From: Azolla caroliniana
Taxonomy: Eukaryota; Plantae; Polypodiophyta
DNA length: 64,000 nucleotides
Direction of reading: 5' to 3'
NCBI GenBank assembly: GCA_043228905.1
Contig: JBHGNT010000008.1
Coordinates: 11,408,001-11,472,000, forward strand
Part shown: in pieces, positions 32,008 through 44,900 of the stretch
How positions within the stretch are numbered: position 1 is the stretch's first letter
Layout: every line of letters begins with the position of its first letter
Translations under genes and position numbers: made by a program
The notes under the pieces: generated by a model
Seen by the model: only the letters and a program-made list of their open reading frames with translations
Told to the model about the DNA's origin: nothing
Database searches by the model: none

Positions 32008-35000
32008 CTAGTTCTTTCCCATTTGTGTTCATGTTCTAGTTCCCGGTGAGGGCCGCAAAAGGCCGCTCACTCCCGTTGGTGTTCGTGTTCCAATTCCCAA
32101 TGAGGGCCGCACAACGCCACTCACTCCCATTGGTGTTCGTGTTCCAGTTCCCAGTGAGGTCCGCACAAGGCTGCTCACTCCCGTTGGTGTTTGTGTTCTA
32201 GTTCCCAGTGAGGGCCGCATGGTCGCTCACGCACGTTTGTGTTCGAGTTCCCGATGAGAGCCGAACATGGCCGCTCACTCTCGTTCGTGTTCCTATTCCC
32301 AGTGAGGGCCGCACATGGCCGCTCACTCCCGTTCATGTTCCAGTCTCCGGTGAGGACCAATATGGTCACTCATGCCCATTGTTCATGTTCCAGTTCCCGG
32401 CAAGGACCTCACATGGTTACTCATGACCCTTGGTGTTCATGCTCCCCCTGACGACCGCACATGGTCGCTCACACCCGTTGATATTTGTGTTCCAGTTCTA
32501 GGCGAGGACCACACATGGTCGCTCATGCCTATTGGTTTTAAATACCTCGTCTTGTGGAGGGGTTACTCCTTGTCTAGGATTTACAAAATACTTTGGAGGT
32601 GATCTAAGATTTTCATCAACAATATCCCCTTAAGCCGAGAAACGATTTGGGAAGGCATCGTTGAAGGGAGGACAATTTCAAGATTCGAACTCTTGACATG
32701 ACCATGTTATACCTTATAATCAAGTTTTATGTGTTAACCACACATCTAGGCTCATATAATCATGTATAGACTTCCTCATTGTAGGTTTTATCTAGCATCA
32801 TGTGCATAATTTCTCCCTTGTATTATTAACACTTGGCACATGCATGCGTACCTACTGCCTACATGCTCTATTGTATCACATGCGTGCAACAGGTATGCAT
32901 GCCACTTAGTATAAATAGTTGAGTTCCCCTTGAAGGAATTCAAGGTGAACAACGCTAGTTATGGACATATCCATCTAGTATTCACATTTCACCCAATCTT
33001 CTCAACCGGTGAGGGCTGCACAAGCCCGCTCACGCCCGTTGGTGTTCGTGTTTGAGTTGGGACATATCAATCATAGTATAAATACTTGTAACATCAGTGG
33101 TCTCATTCAAGGTGAACAACGCCAGTCATGGACATATCAATCTAGTATTCTTGTTTTGCCCATCTTCTCTCCTTAATCTTCATCTCTATCTTTAAGCTCT
33201 TGTGTCATTCCGTTATTGCTCCGTCGTAACCTAATCATTCGTGCTCCGTCTTAGTCCGCGCTTGGTGTGTCCATGACAGTTTGTTCACCTTCCAACTAGA
33301 AGCATCACCCGTCTCCGTCATCACCCTTGCTTCTAGAGTTACCATCGACATCGTACCATCATCAACATCGCTTCATTTCCTATCTTCCTCGCCATTTCTA
33401 TCTCCTAGTTTCTTCTCATCATTTTGTCCTCACCGAGAAATGGAACACGAACGAGTGAGCGACCTTGTGGCCCTCACCTGGAACAGGAACACACACGGGA
33501 GTAATTGACCCCTGTGTCGTCCTCATCGAGAACTGGGACATGAACAACAACGGGCATGAGCGACCATGTCAGTGCTCACCGGGATCTAGAACACGAACAA
33601 TAGTTGGAGTGAGCAGCCGTGTGCGGTCCTCACTGAAGACTGTAACACAAACAGGAGCGAGCAACCATGAGGCCCTCACCGGGAACAGGAATGCGAACGG
33701 GAGTGAGCGGCCGTGTGCGGCCCTCACCGGGAACAGGAACACGAACGGGAGTGAGTGGCCATGTGCGGCCCTCACCGGGAACTCGAACACGAACGGGCGT
33801 GAGCGACCATGCGGACCTCACCGGGAACTGGAAGACGAACACCAACGGGAGTGAGCGGCCTTGTGCGGCCCCCACAGGGAACTAGAACACGAACGCGAAC
33901 TGGAGTGAGCGGCCTTGTGAGGCACTCATCGGGAACTGTAACACGAACACCAACGGGAGTGAGCAGCCTTGTGCGGCCCTTACCGGGAACTAGAACACGA
34001 ACACGAACGGGAAAGAAACTAAAAAATAGAGACAATGAAGCGATGTTGATGATGGTAACTCTAGAAGCAAGGGCGATGACAGTGATGGGTGATACTTCTA
34101 GTTGGAAGGTGAACAATTTGTCACGGACACACCAACTGCAGACTAAAGACGGAGCACCGATGATGAGGCTACGACGAAGCGATGACGGAATGACACAAGA
34201 GCATAAAGATAGAGATGAAGATTAAGGAGAGAAGATGGGCAAAACAAGAATACTAGATTGATATGTCCATGACTGGTCTTGTTCACCTTGAATGAGACCA
34301 CTGAGGTTACAAGTATTTATACTGTGATTGATATGTCCCAACTCAAACACGAACACCAACGGGAGTGAGCGGCCTTGTGCGGCCCTCACCGGGAACACGA
34401 ACACGAATGGGAAAGAAACTAAAAAATAGAGACAATGATGAGGAGAAATAAAAGCCAATGAAAATGATGAGAAGAAACTAGGAGATAGAAATGGCGAGGA
34501 AGATAGGGAATGAAGCGATGTTGATGATGGTACGATGTCGATGGTAACTCTAGAAGCAAGGGTGATGATGGAGACGGGTGATGCTTCTAGTTGGAAGTTG
34601 AACAATTTGTCATGGACACACCAACTGCGGACTAAAGACGGAGCACCGATGATGAGGTTACGACGAAGTGATGACGAAATGACACAGGAGCATCAAGATA
34701 GAGATGAAGATAAAGGAGAGAAGATGGGCAAAACAAGAATACTAGATTGATATGTCCATGAATGGCGTTGTTCACCTCGAATGAGACCACTGAGGTTACA
34801 AGTATTTATACTGTGATTGATATGTCCCAACTCAAACATGAACACCAACGGGAGTGAGTGGCCTTGTGCAGCCCTCACCGGGAACACGAACACGAATGGG
34901 AAAGAAACTAAAAAATAGTGACAATGATGAGGAGAAATAAAAGCCAATGAAAATGATGAGAAGAAACTAGGAGATAGAAATGGCGAGGAAGATAGGAAAT

Positions 35001-36195
35001 GAAGCGATGTTGATGATGGTACGATGTCGATGGTAACTCTAGAAGCAAGGGTGATGACGGAGACTGGTGATGCTTCTAGTTGGAAGGTGAACAACGCTAG
35101 TCATGGGGTATTTTTTTTTATGGTTGCCATCTGGCATCATACATGGGGTAATCCTTCCAGAAGACAAGTTGTTGCAAGTGTCGACGGTGCCAACGCAAGT
35201 CAACCTCGTGTTCCTCCCCTTTACGACCGCCTTTTCGGAAGCATGATGTAGGGGTGAGCAAGAAGTGGAGCACTGATGGGTGTGAGTGACCATGTGTTGT
35301 TCTCATCACAGACATGAACAACAACGGACGCGAGTGACCATGAGCAGTCATCATTGGGAACTAGAACTGGAACACGAATACCAACGGGAGTGAGAGACCA
35401 TGTGTGGTCCTCACTGGAGACTGGAACACGAACACCAACGGGCATGAGAGACCATGTCGGTCCTCGCCGAGAGTTGGAACATGAACACCAACAGGCATGA
35501 GCGACCATGTGTGGTCCTCACGGAGAACTGGAACATGAACCGCAATGGGCATGAGCGACCATGTCAGTCCTCTCCAGGATGTGGAACATGAAAAATAATT
35601 GGTGTGAGCGACCATGTGCGGTCCTCATGGGAGACTAGAACACGAACGGGAGTGAGAGACCAGGCGGCACTCACTGGGTACACGAACACGAACGGGAGTG
35701 AGCAGTCATGTGCGGTCTTCACCGGGAACACAAACACGAACGGGTGTGAGCGACCATGCGGCCCTCACCGGGAACTCGAACACGAATGGGCATGAGCGAC
35801 CATGCGGCCCTCACCAAGAACTGGAACACGAACACCAACAGGGGTGTTCGGCCTTGATATGCATGTGTACTTATTGCCTGCGTGCTCTATTGTATCACAT
35901 GCGTGCAACAGGTATGCATGCCACTTAGTATAAATAGTTGAGTTCACCTTGAAGGAATTCAAAGTGAACAACGCCAGCCATGGACATATCAATCTAGTAT
36001 TCTTGTTTTGCCCATCTTCTCTCCTTAATCTTTATCTCTATCTTTATGCTCTTGTGTCATTCCGTCATCGCTCCGTCGCAGCCTCATCATCCGTGCTTCG
36101 TCTTAGTCCGGACTTGGTGTGTCCGTGCCATGGAGTGTCTATTCACTCTCAAGGTGAGTTCACACACTAGACCAAGTTGAGCTTGATTCTCAACA

Positions 36196-39100
36196 CCAAC
36201 ACCAATGGATACCCCGACACCGATGGAGATTGATATGACCTGGCGACGAGGACCTTTATCAGATGAAGAGAAGCAACGTCGTCGAGCAAATCGACTATGC
36301 TTATATTGTGGAGGTCTAGGACATAATGCTATTCATTGTCCACACAGACCGAGACGTCAGGTACATCACATTAACTATGATAATAGAAATGAGTCTAGCA
36401 TTATTGATAATAGAAATGAGTCTAGCATTGTTGAAACTGTGCCAACTAGTGTTTCTAGTAATCCAACTCTATCCAATAAATTTGAGGTCCTAAGCCAATT
36501 AGAAGAGGAGTCAAATGAATAAGTCCGACCAAAATCGGAGCCGTTTGGTTGGACAGTCCTAGATCTGTATAACCTAGTGTGGGTTCCATCTCTTCCAAGC
36601 ATGTTAGTAGAGTTTTCTGAAGCCAATTACAAGTTAGGACACCAAGTTGTCAACTTCATGTCCCAGCTCTCTTAGATACCGAAGCCAAATCTTGTGTCAT
36701 GGATAGAGATTTTGCCCGAAAACATCAAATAGCCTTGCATAAACTTCCTTGCCCAGTTTTCGTAGTTGTGATTGATGGACGTCCTATAGCTTCTGGAAAG
36801 ATATTTGAGGAGTCTGAGCCGATACACATACTCTTAGGTGATTTAGGATGTGTAGTCTCCTTTAACATAATCCGTAGCCTTGAGCATCCAATAGTCCTTG
36901 GTTTGCCATGGTTCGAGCTACACGACCCAAGAATTGATTGGAGAAGACGAGAAATTAGGTGCCCTTCAAAAGGAAACATAGTAGTCAAGGGTCGAACCCA
37001 GGATCCTCCCCTTCAAAAACATAGTGTTACCAATTCACCCTCTACCAAACATGTTGTTCCTCTTCATCAAGTTTTAACCATCACCCTAGAACAATTATGC
37101 CAAGAAGGAGCAAAAGAAGATTTATTCTTATTTGCCATATCAATTGCACCTTCTAGTGACACTCAAGGGAAGTCAGATGTCTACATTCCTAAAAAGTACC
37201 AAGAATATGTTTATGTCTTCAACAAAGTCGAAGCTAGTGTACATCCAAAGCATCGGCCATACGATTGTCCCATTGATCTACAACCAGGAAAAGAGCCACA
37301 ATGGGGTCCGATCTACAATCTGTCACCAACAGAGCTTGAGGTTCTTCGAGCATACATTGAAGAGAATCTTACAAGTGGATTTATTCGACATTCAAAGTCT
37401 CCAGCTAGTGCTCCTATCTTTTTCGTGAAGAAAAAGGATGGCTCACTTCGTTTGGTCGTGGATTAAATAAAGTGACAATAAGAAATAAGTATGCTCTACC
37501 TTTAATTTCCAGTCTTTTAGAGCGCATTGGTGGGGCAAAGCATTTTACCAAGATTGATCTAAGGGGTGCATATAATCTTGTCCGTATTCGACCGGGAAAC
37601 GAGTGGAAGATTGCATTCCGCACTCGATATGGCCATTTCGAGTATACAATTATGCCTTTTGGGATAAAAAATGTTCCTATCGTGTTTCAACATATGGCAA
37701 ATGACATTTTCCAAGATTTTCTAGATATCTTTCTTATCATCTATTTAGATGATCTATTGATTTACTCTAGAACACAAGTGGAGCATGATATACATGTCCG
37801 GAAGGTACTCCAACGCGTAAGAGAGTATGGTCTTTAAGCCAAACTAGAGAAGTGCATTTTTTATTGCAAAGAAGTTGAGTTCTTGGGTTATACCATTTCA
37901 TCCAAAGGTATCTTCATGAGTCCAACGAAAGTTCAAACAGTATTGGAATGGCATACTCCAAGTTCCGTTTGTGATGTCCAGTGTTTCCTTGGATTTGCCA
38001 ACATCTACTGCAAATTCATATGGAATTATTCAAAGATTGTATTGCCGCTTACTCAACTCACCAAGAAAAATCAAGCATTTGTTTGGACTCCTGAAGCAGA
38101 CAGAGCCTTTACTCAGTTGAAAGAGGCATTCACATCAGCTCCAGTCTTAGCTCACGTTGATCCAGAAAAGCCATTTATCATTGAGGCAGATGCATCCGAC
38201 TTTGCATTGGGGAGCATCCTATCACAACCAGGTGAAGATGGGCACTTACATCCAGTCACGTTTCACTCAAGAAAGTTTAATGTTGCGGAGATCAACTACG
38301 AGGTGCATGACAAAGAGTTACTACCTATGGTCGACTCTTTTGCGCAATGGCGACATTTCTTGGAAGGTTCACCTCATCAAATCATCTTTTATAGTGACCA
38401 CAAAAATCTTACATATTTTCAGACGGCTTGAGTGATAAATAGGCGACAAGCTTGGTGGGCGCAATTTTTAACTCGTTTTGATTTCAAGATCATTTTCCGC
38501 CGAGGGAACCAACAAGGGCAAGCAAATGCTCTATCTCGACGCTCATATTTGGCACTTCGCCCTGGAGATCCGACTTTCGACAATCAAAAGCAAGTTCTCC
38601 TTGGTCCAACAAAGCTACAAGCAACCACGGTTTGTGCCACGCCATTGGATTTAAGTCTTCATGATACTATTTGACAACAACTTAACTCTGATGATTTTGC
38701 TAAGGATGTCTTCACCCACCTTGGTCCAAATCATGCATTTTGCTCCACATTGCTAGGGACATCTCGATGCTATAAGGAGTTCAAGTGGCAAGATAACTTA
38801 CTTTTCTACAAGAATCTACTTTATGTCCCTGATGGATCACCACACCTTCGAGTGTTGGAGCATTGTCATGATGCCCGTATGGCCGGACACTTTGGTATTG
38901 CCAAGACCATGGAGCTAGTGAAGCGATCATTTTGGTGGCCTCATTTACAACAATTCGTTGAAGATTATGTTCACACATGTGACACATGTTGTCGAGCTAA
39001 AATGCCTAGGCATCATCCTTATGGGTTGTTACAACCATTACCGACTCCAAGCAAGCCATGGTAGTCAATTACTATGGATTTCATTATAGATCTGCCACCT

Positions 39101-40324
39101 TCACAAGGTTTTGATGCTATTTTAACCATAGTGGATCGGTTTACCAAGTTGACACATTTTCTACCCTGCGTAAAAAGCATCAATAGTCAAGAAATAACAG
39201 ATATCATTATGCGTGAAGTATTTCACCATCATGGTCTTCCAAACGACATAATTAGTGATTGTGGACTGCAATTTATCGCTCACTTTTGGAAGCATCTATG
39301 TGACGGGCTCCGAATCTCTTGCAAACTCTCTTCAGCATATCATCCTGAAACTGATGGCCAAACAGAGCGCACAAATCAAACACGTGAGCAGTATCTTCGA
39401 TGTTTCATCAGTTATCAACAAGATGATTGGAGTCATATATTGCATCTTGTAGAGTTTGCATACAATAACACCATACACTCTTCTACCAAGGTCACACCTT
39501 TCTATGCCTATACAGGCAACCATCCTCGATGGTGTCTCTTGGACATTCCAGTGATCTCACCAAATCCTAGTGTAGAGCAACACCTCCACCGACTACAACA
39601 CCTTCAGTCTGAGTTGTCTTCACATATTTAGAAAGCTCAAGCCCAACATAAGGCCCATGCAGATCGACATCATCTTCTATCTCCATTCAAGGTTGGTGAT
39701 CGGGTATGGTTGTTACACCGTCACATAAAGACTACTCGACCATGTGATAAACTAGATTATAAACGCTTGGGTCCTTTTGTCATCACGAAACGGATTAATA
39801 ATGCAACATTCTGTCTTGATCTTCATGCAAGTTTGCGGCTTCATCCAGTCTTTCACAACTCTCTTTTGGAACCTTACCACACCAGCTCGATTCCCAATCG
39901 TGTTGTGCCGCCACCGCCTCCTCTCCAACTTGCTGATGGCCAAGAGTATGAGGTAGCCTACATTCTTGATTCAAAGATTGTGTGCAATAAGTTGCATTAT
40001 CTAGTTGATTGGCTAGGCTATACTCCGAGCGATCGCACATGGGAACCTGTTGACGGGAACCCAACGTTCCTTATGCGCGACGCTCGGCCATAACCGAGCT
40101 TAGAATGATACACAGAAAACGGGAAATAAAAAAAACACGACACAAAGAAGAAGAGAATACACAGGAGGTTTACGTGGAAAACCCCAAACTAGGGGAAAAA
40201 CCACGGCAGCCCACAGGCTGCAAACTGTCACTATGTAATAATATACAACAGTGAGCTCACTGAGGCATCGACCTCGTGCTCACAGATCTTCGCCACAAGC
40301 GGCGGTTACAATGGAGGCAACGAC

Positions 40325-40375
<51 letters not shown>

Positions 40376-40894
40376 TACAGTTATGCACACTAATCTCATG
40401 CAAAACAGAAAATGACAACAACTACTAAAAGTTTGCCCTAAGTCATATTTATACTAATATGACTTTTTGGCTATTTACAAATATAGTCTCGCTGAACTCT
40501 CAGAAAACATATTTACGAATATGTCTCTTCATCCGGTTCATACCGGGTCTGCACCATCCGGCTCTCCGTAGCCGGGTACTCCTCATCCGGTGAAGACCGG
40601 GTCTGTAACATCTGGCTCTCCGTAGCCGGGTACTCCTCATCCGGTCTTCACCGGGTCTGTATCATCCGTCTCTCCGTAGCCGGATACTCCTCATCTGGTT
40701 TCAGCCTCAGCTGAGTTTGTTCATCGGCACTGTTCTTCTCCCTTCCCATTCGGAGGGACCTGTCTCCCAACACCTGTCGATAAGGTTTGTAATACTCAAG
40801 CTCTTATTGACGACTTCCATTGTCGGTATCCCGACAAACCCGGCCCTGCATTGTTAACAACTCCTTCCACTCATCGTTTTAAAAGGAAGGATAG
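36196..40894 (+). pseudogene. pol: Chromovirus A gag end and pol (zinc knuckle, PR, RT, RNase H, integrase, chromodomain)
   Basis: [95 protein letters not shown] at 40880-40894. Confidence 0.92.
40051..40772 (-). mobile_element. Solo LTR of the copia E/H family, inserted in the chromodomain of A, TSD CCTGT
   Basis: TG..CA ends. TSD at 40046-40050 and 40773-40777. Similar to 56882-57510. Confidence 0.92.
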
Positions 40895-41238
40895 TGTCAT
40901 GAATCCATGAACATTACATAGCTTCACTTGGGCTTGAACCCAAGACCTTGTAATACATAATCAAGAACTTAACCATTAAGATAGCATATGATTATATAAA
41001 ACAATAAAATCTACTTCTTATAATAAACTGATATTGTAAATGTTGTAGAACATTCTAGAACATTCTAGAATATCCTAGAACATCTTAGAATATTCTAGGT
41101 CTAGAACATTCTAGAACATTATAGAAATCACTAGGTTATTCTATAGGAACCTATATATATGGACATACAATTCTTCTCAAAACCAATTCGAATAAACACC
41201 AGTCTTAAGCTCTCATCGCCTATCTTGTATCCATTCTA
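40895..41238 (+). repeat. 3' LTR of chromovirus A, 5' part (the remainder lies inverted at 51164-51257)
   Basis: Follows the PPT and is homologous to the LTR at 53773-54183. Confidence 0.85.
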
Positions 41239-41937
41239 TATGCACCCCATAAATCGATTTTTGTAAAATTCTTTGCCCCACCAATGCGCTCTAAAAGATT
41301 AGAGATTAAAGGTAGAGCATACCTATTTCTTATGGTGACTTTATTTAATCCCCGATAGTCCATGACAAAACGAAGTGAACCGTTCCTTCTCTTCACAAAA
41401 AATATGGGAGCACCGGCTGGAGACTTCGAATGTCGAATGAACCCATGTGTGTTACCGGCCGGCAAAATAGTCCAGAGTGTGAAACGGAGGAGTTATTTAA
41501 TTATTAAGGAATGGTTGTAAGTAAGCTATTAGTGTGGATGGACGGACTAGAATCGGTATGCCGTTCCGGATCCGGACCGATCCCAAATAGGTGCGGATGG
41601 CACCGTTTTGTACTACAAACCGGAAACCTATTTAAAGGCCCGAATACAATGTAATGAGCAGCGGATAATTAATAAAGCTTAGTGTTTTTATCTCTCTGTG
41701 TTAATTGCCGTTCTGCATTCATTGTTATATCTTACGCGTGTGATTATTAAGGACGATCTTGCTAAGTAACCTAATTAAGTCGGATTAATCGTTGAGCCTA
41801 ATCCTCTTGCCGTAACACCCCTTTGGTGAAGTGTCTTTCGTAGACACCCTGTGTTAGGCCATTGTCCGGCCCTAAAAGTTAACACAGTTTTTGGCGACCA
41901 CGATTCCTGTTTTTGCAGCGAACGACGGCATGAATGG

Positions 41938-44900
41938 ATGACTAGATCAACGCACGACCTGGTTACAAATCGAACTCGAGGCCTTGCCGAAAGGCAAAGG
42001 AGACGTGAGGCTTTCCAGCAAGCGGCGCAGGAAATTAGAGTGGATTGCTCGTTTTCCAACGTAATTCGGAGAGTAGCGGAGGAGTCCCTCTGGTTACAGC
42101 AAACATCGCACCCGGACAATGGCAGCAGCCTAAGCAGCCTCCGGGAAACCGAATCCCTTCTCCAGGCGTTGGCAAGCGGAGAAGGCGAAGCAGAAGCCTT
42201 TTCAGCGTATGAATCGGATTCCGAAGGGGGATACAGCGTGCACACGAACTACCGTAGCAGCAACGAAACCCCGGGCGGACCGGAGGACGAAGGATCGGAC
42301 ACCTTACCGACACCGGAACCAGAAGTGCTAAGGCTGGAACCTCCGGAACCAGAAGTAGAGGAAGAACAACCTCCAACACCGGAAATCGAGGAGGAGAGAC
42401 CTCCGTCACCAAAAGAAGAGGAAAGACCACCGACGCCAGAGACAAATCAGGAAAGACCACCGACGCCGGAGAAAAACCAGGAACGACCACCAACACCACC
42501 AGCTCGCGCACCGATACCGGACGACGACATGCCGTTCCAGTACTCCAAGTATAGAGATGATCCGGACACGGAAGCTCATGTTCATGCCTTTGAACAGACA
42601 TGGGAAGCAAACCATGTGTCCCAGCGATTGACCCCGGAGGAAGGGGAACGCTCTAAGATAGCGGAATTTGGCATCACATTGGAGGGACCAGCAGCAAGAT
42701 GGCGTCGGACGCAGGACCCATCTACCATAACCACCTTCGCCGATTTAAAAGCTAAATTCTTGCATTTTTTCCAAAAGGAGGTGGACTAGACAGTAATGGT
42801 GGGCTTGTTTTATACCATCTGACACGAGGAAGGGGAGAGCATTCCCCAGTTTGTCATCTGGTTTCAACGGATGCATAGTCAGCTTGCCCACGCACCCCTA
42901 GAGGAGGAATTACAAACTATATTCCTAAATGCGCTCCAGGAACCCCTACGCACGGTTTGCACGGTAATTGACTTCCGCGCAAGTACCATCGACCAGGTCA
43001 TTGACCGGGTGAGAGAGATGGAAAAGACAAGCTCCTGGCTCACACTGGGAGCACTCCAACGGGCGTTACCGTCCGATGAAGACCTCCGGTTTCGGAAACC
43101 AATACAATGCACAACCTGCTTGAATTCCGGACACTCGGCACTAGAATGCACTATGAGGACGCAATGTGTAGTCTGTCAATCCAAGAGCCATACGACGGAT
43201 AGGTGCGAGTATAATCTATTGAACCGGCAAGCACCGCCCGTCCGACAAATAGAGCCACGCAGCAGTCGGGATGAAGAAGAGGAACGCTGGCAGCGAATGG
43301 ACCGCGACCGACCGGCACAGGATGTCCAGTATAGCGATCGACGGGAGAATGATGTCTGGTACGGTGATCGGTGGGATAACTACGACCAGGACGATAGATA
43401 TGATTGGTACCGGGTTAATAATAGACGATACGAACATTACGAACGGGAGCACTCCCCTGGGTATCGTCAGCAACAGGAGGAATACGGCAGATATAACGAC
43501 CAACCTCGCCACAATAAGAAGAACTATAACAAAAAATGGCATTTCAAAAAAGGAGGCCACCCACGGGATCCAAAACAAGGAGCTTCAAGCAGCCAACCGG
43601 CCCAAAACCTTGCGCTTACCACAGGACCTGCCCCGGGTACAACAAACAATGCCGAATCCAACAATACCCGGAAAGCCTACAACTACTACTACCGACAGGA
43701 AGGCCATTATAGTAATCAATGCCCGACGAAGAGCTATGACAAACGACCGACAGTAAATATGGTAGTCCCATAAGTGGCAGATCTGCAGCAGGTGACCACA
43801 AGGTCGAAGGGCATGGCCAAGGAATGGGAGACGCAGGAGACCATCCGGAAGCAAGCGACGGAATGGGTGAAGAAAGCAAACGAGCAAAACGTAACAGACT
43901 TAGAGCGGCAAAAGGAGAACACCGTAGGGCTTGCCGGCGGCAGTCACTCCGAGAACGAGACATGGCAGGCGTTGCAAGAATGCCAGATTACGCTACCACT
44001 AGGAAGACTCCTACAGCTCATGCCGAGATGCACGGAAGGACTGAAGACAGCCATGACGGAAGGAGAATCATTATCGGCACCGGTACTCTTCTCAAATCCA
44101 GAGGAGGGACCAACGGTTGTGGACACCAACAGTCCGGTAATTACTGCTATTGTAAAAGGGAAAGAACTCCCCGGCACAGTAATAGACGGAGGCTCCGGTG
44201 TGAATGTAATAAGCCTCCGGACGTGTGATGCCCTGGGAATCCACGAATGGGAGCCGTGTCCATTCTGGTTACGGATGGCCGATACAAGCTTAGTGCGGCC
44301 GACAGGATTAATACGAAAATTAGAAGTCACCGTTGGCGGTCATACATTTCACATCTCGGCAGTAGTGCTACAATTACAAGCACAAGGCGCGTACCCGCTA
44401 TTGCTGGGGCGGCTGTGGTTGAAAACGGCACATATCAAACAGAATTGGAGGAAAAATATAATTACCTTCCGGCGAGGAAAAGCCAAGGTACGTGTACCAA
44501 CACAGCCAAGGACGAGCACTGGCAAGGAATGTACACTGTTGTATGCAAAGTGCGTCAACATGCTAGAAGGGTTAGCTGACGAAGAAGAAGCTAAGTACTT
44601 ACAGGAAAACCCGAAGATCGTACCCCTCTTCGAAATTGACATTTCCAAAGCAGTAGCACCATACTTACCGCAGCCAGATGAGACTGAAGCAGAACCGGAT
44701 AAGGATGCAATCCGAGAGTTACGGCAATCACAGGAAGCGTTGGAACGGGAAATGGCCGTTTCACAGTGCGTAAAAGCGTCGCAACTTGAAGAGGTGAACC
44801 TAGGGACCACGGACGAAGCAAAACTGGTGCACATAGCCAAGGAGATGAGGTCCGAAGACAAAATGGCGATGATCACACTTCTCACGGAATTTCGTGACAT

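Larger units (their letters stand above)
17372..36130. mobile_element. Non-coding chromovirus-derived LTR mosaic D (TRIM/LARD-like), many LTR pieces in both orientations, TSD TGGAG
   Basis: TSD at 17367-17371 and 36131-36135. TG..CA outer ends. Complete inverted LTR at 24902-25306. PPTs at 25307-25320 (-), ~26450-26462 and ~32662-32675. Chromodomain relic (YLVLWRGY..FHQQYPLKP) before the PPT. Confidence 0.75.
7351..36195 (-). mobile_element. Ty1/copia element B (outer span including nested C, D, E, F), TSD CCAAC
   Basis: TSD at 7346-7350 and 36196-36200. 3' LTR 7351-7741 with PPT at 7742-7755. tRNA-iMet PBS at 17021-17036. 5' LTR split into 17037-17371 and 36131-36195. Confidence 0.9.

Noticed and set aside
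17733-35850. CRISPR-like array in the 41-47-bp repeats
   Set aside because: Head-to-tail degenerate minisatellite with no unique spacers, no cas genes, and a eukaryotic TE context.
41441-41449. Target of G (CCATGTG) resembling its own pre-LTR motif GCCATG
   Set aside because: Short match, and a normal 5-bp TSD explains the junction. Probably coincidence.
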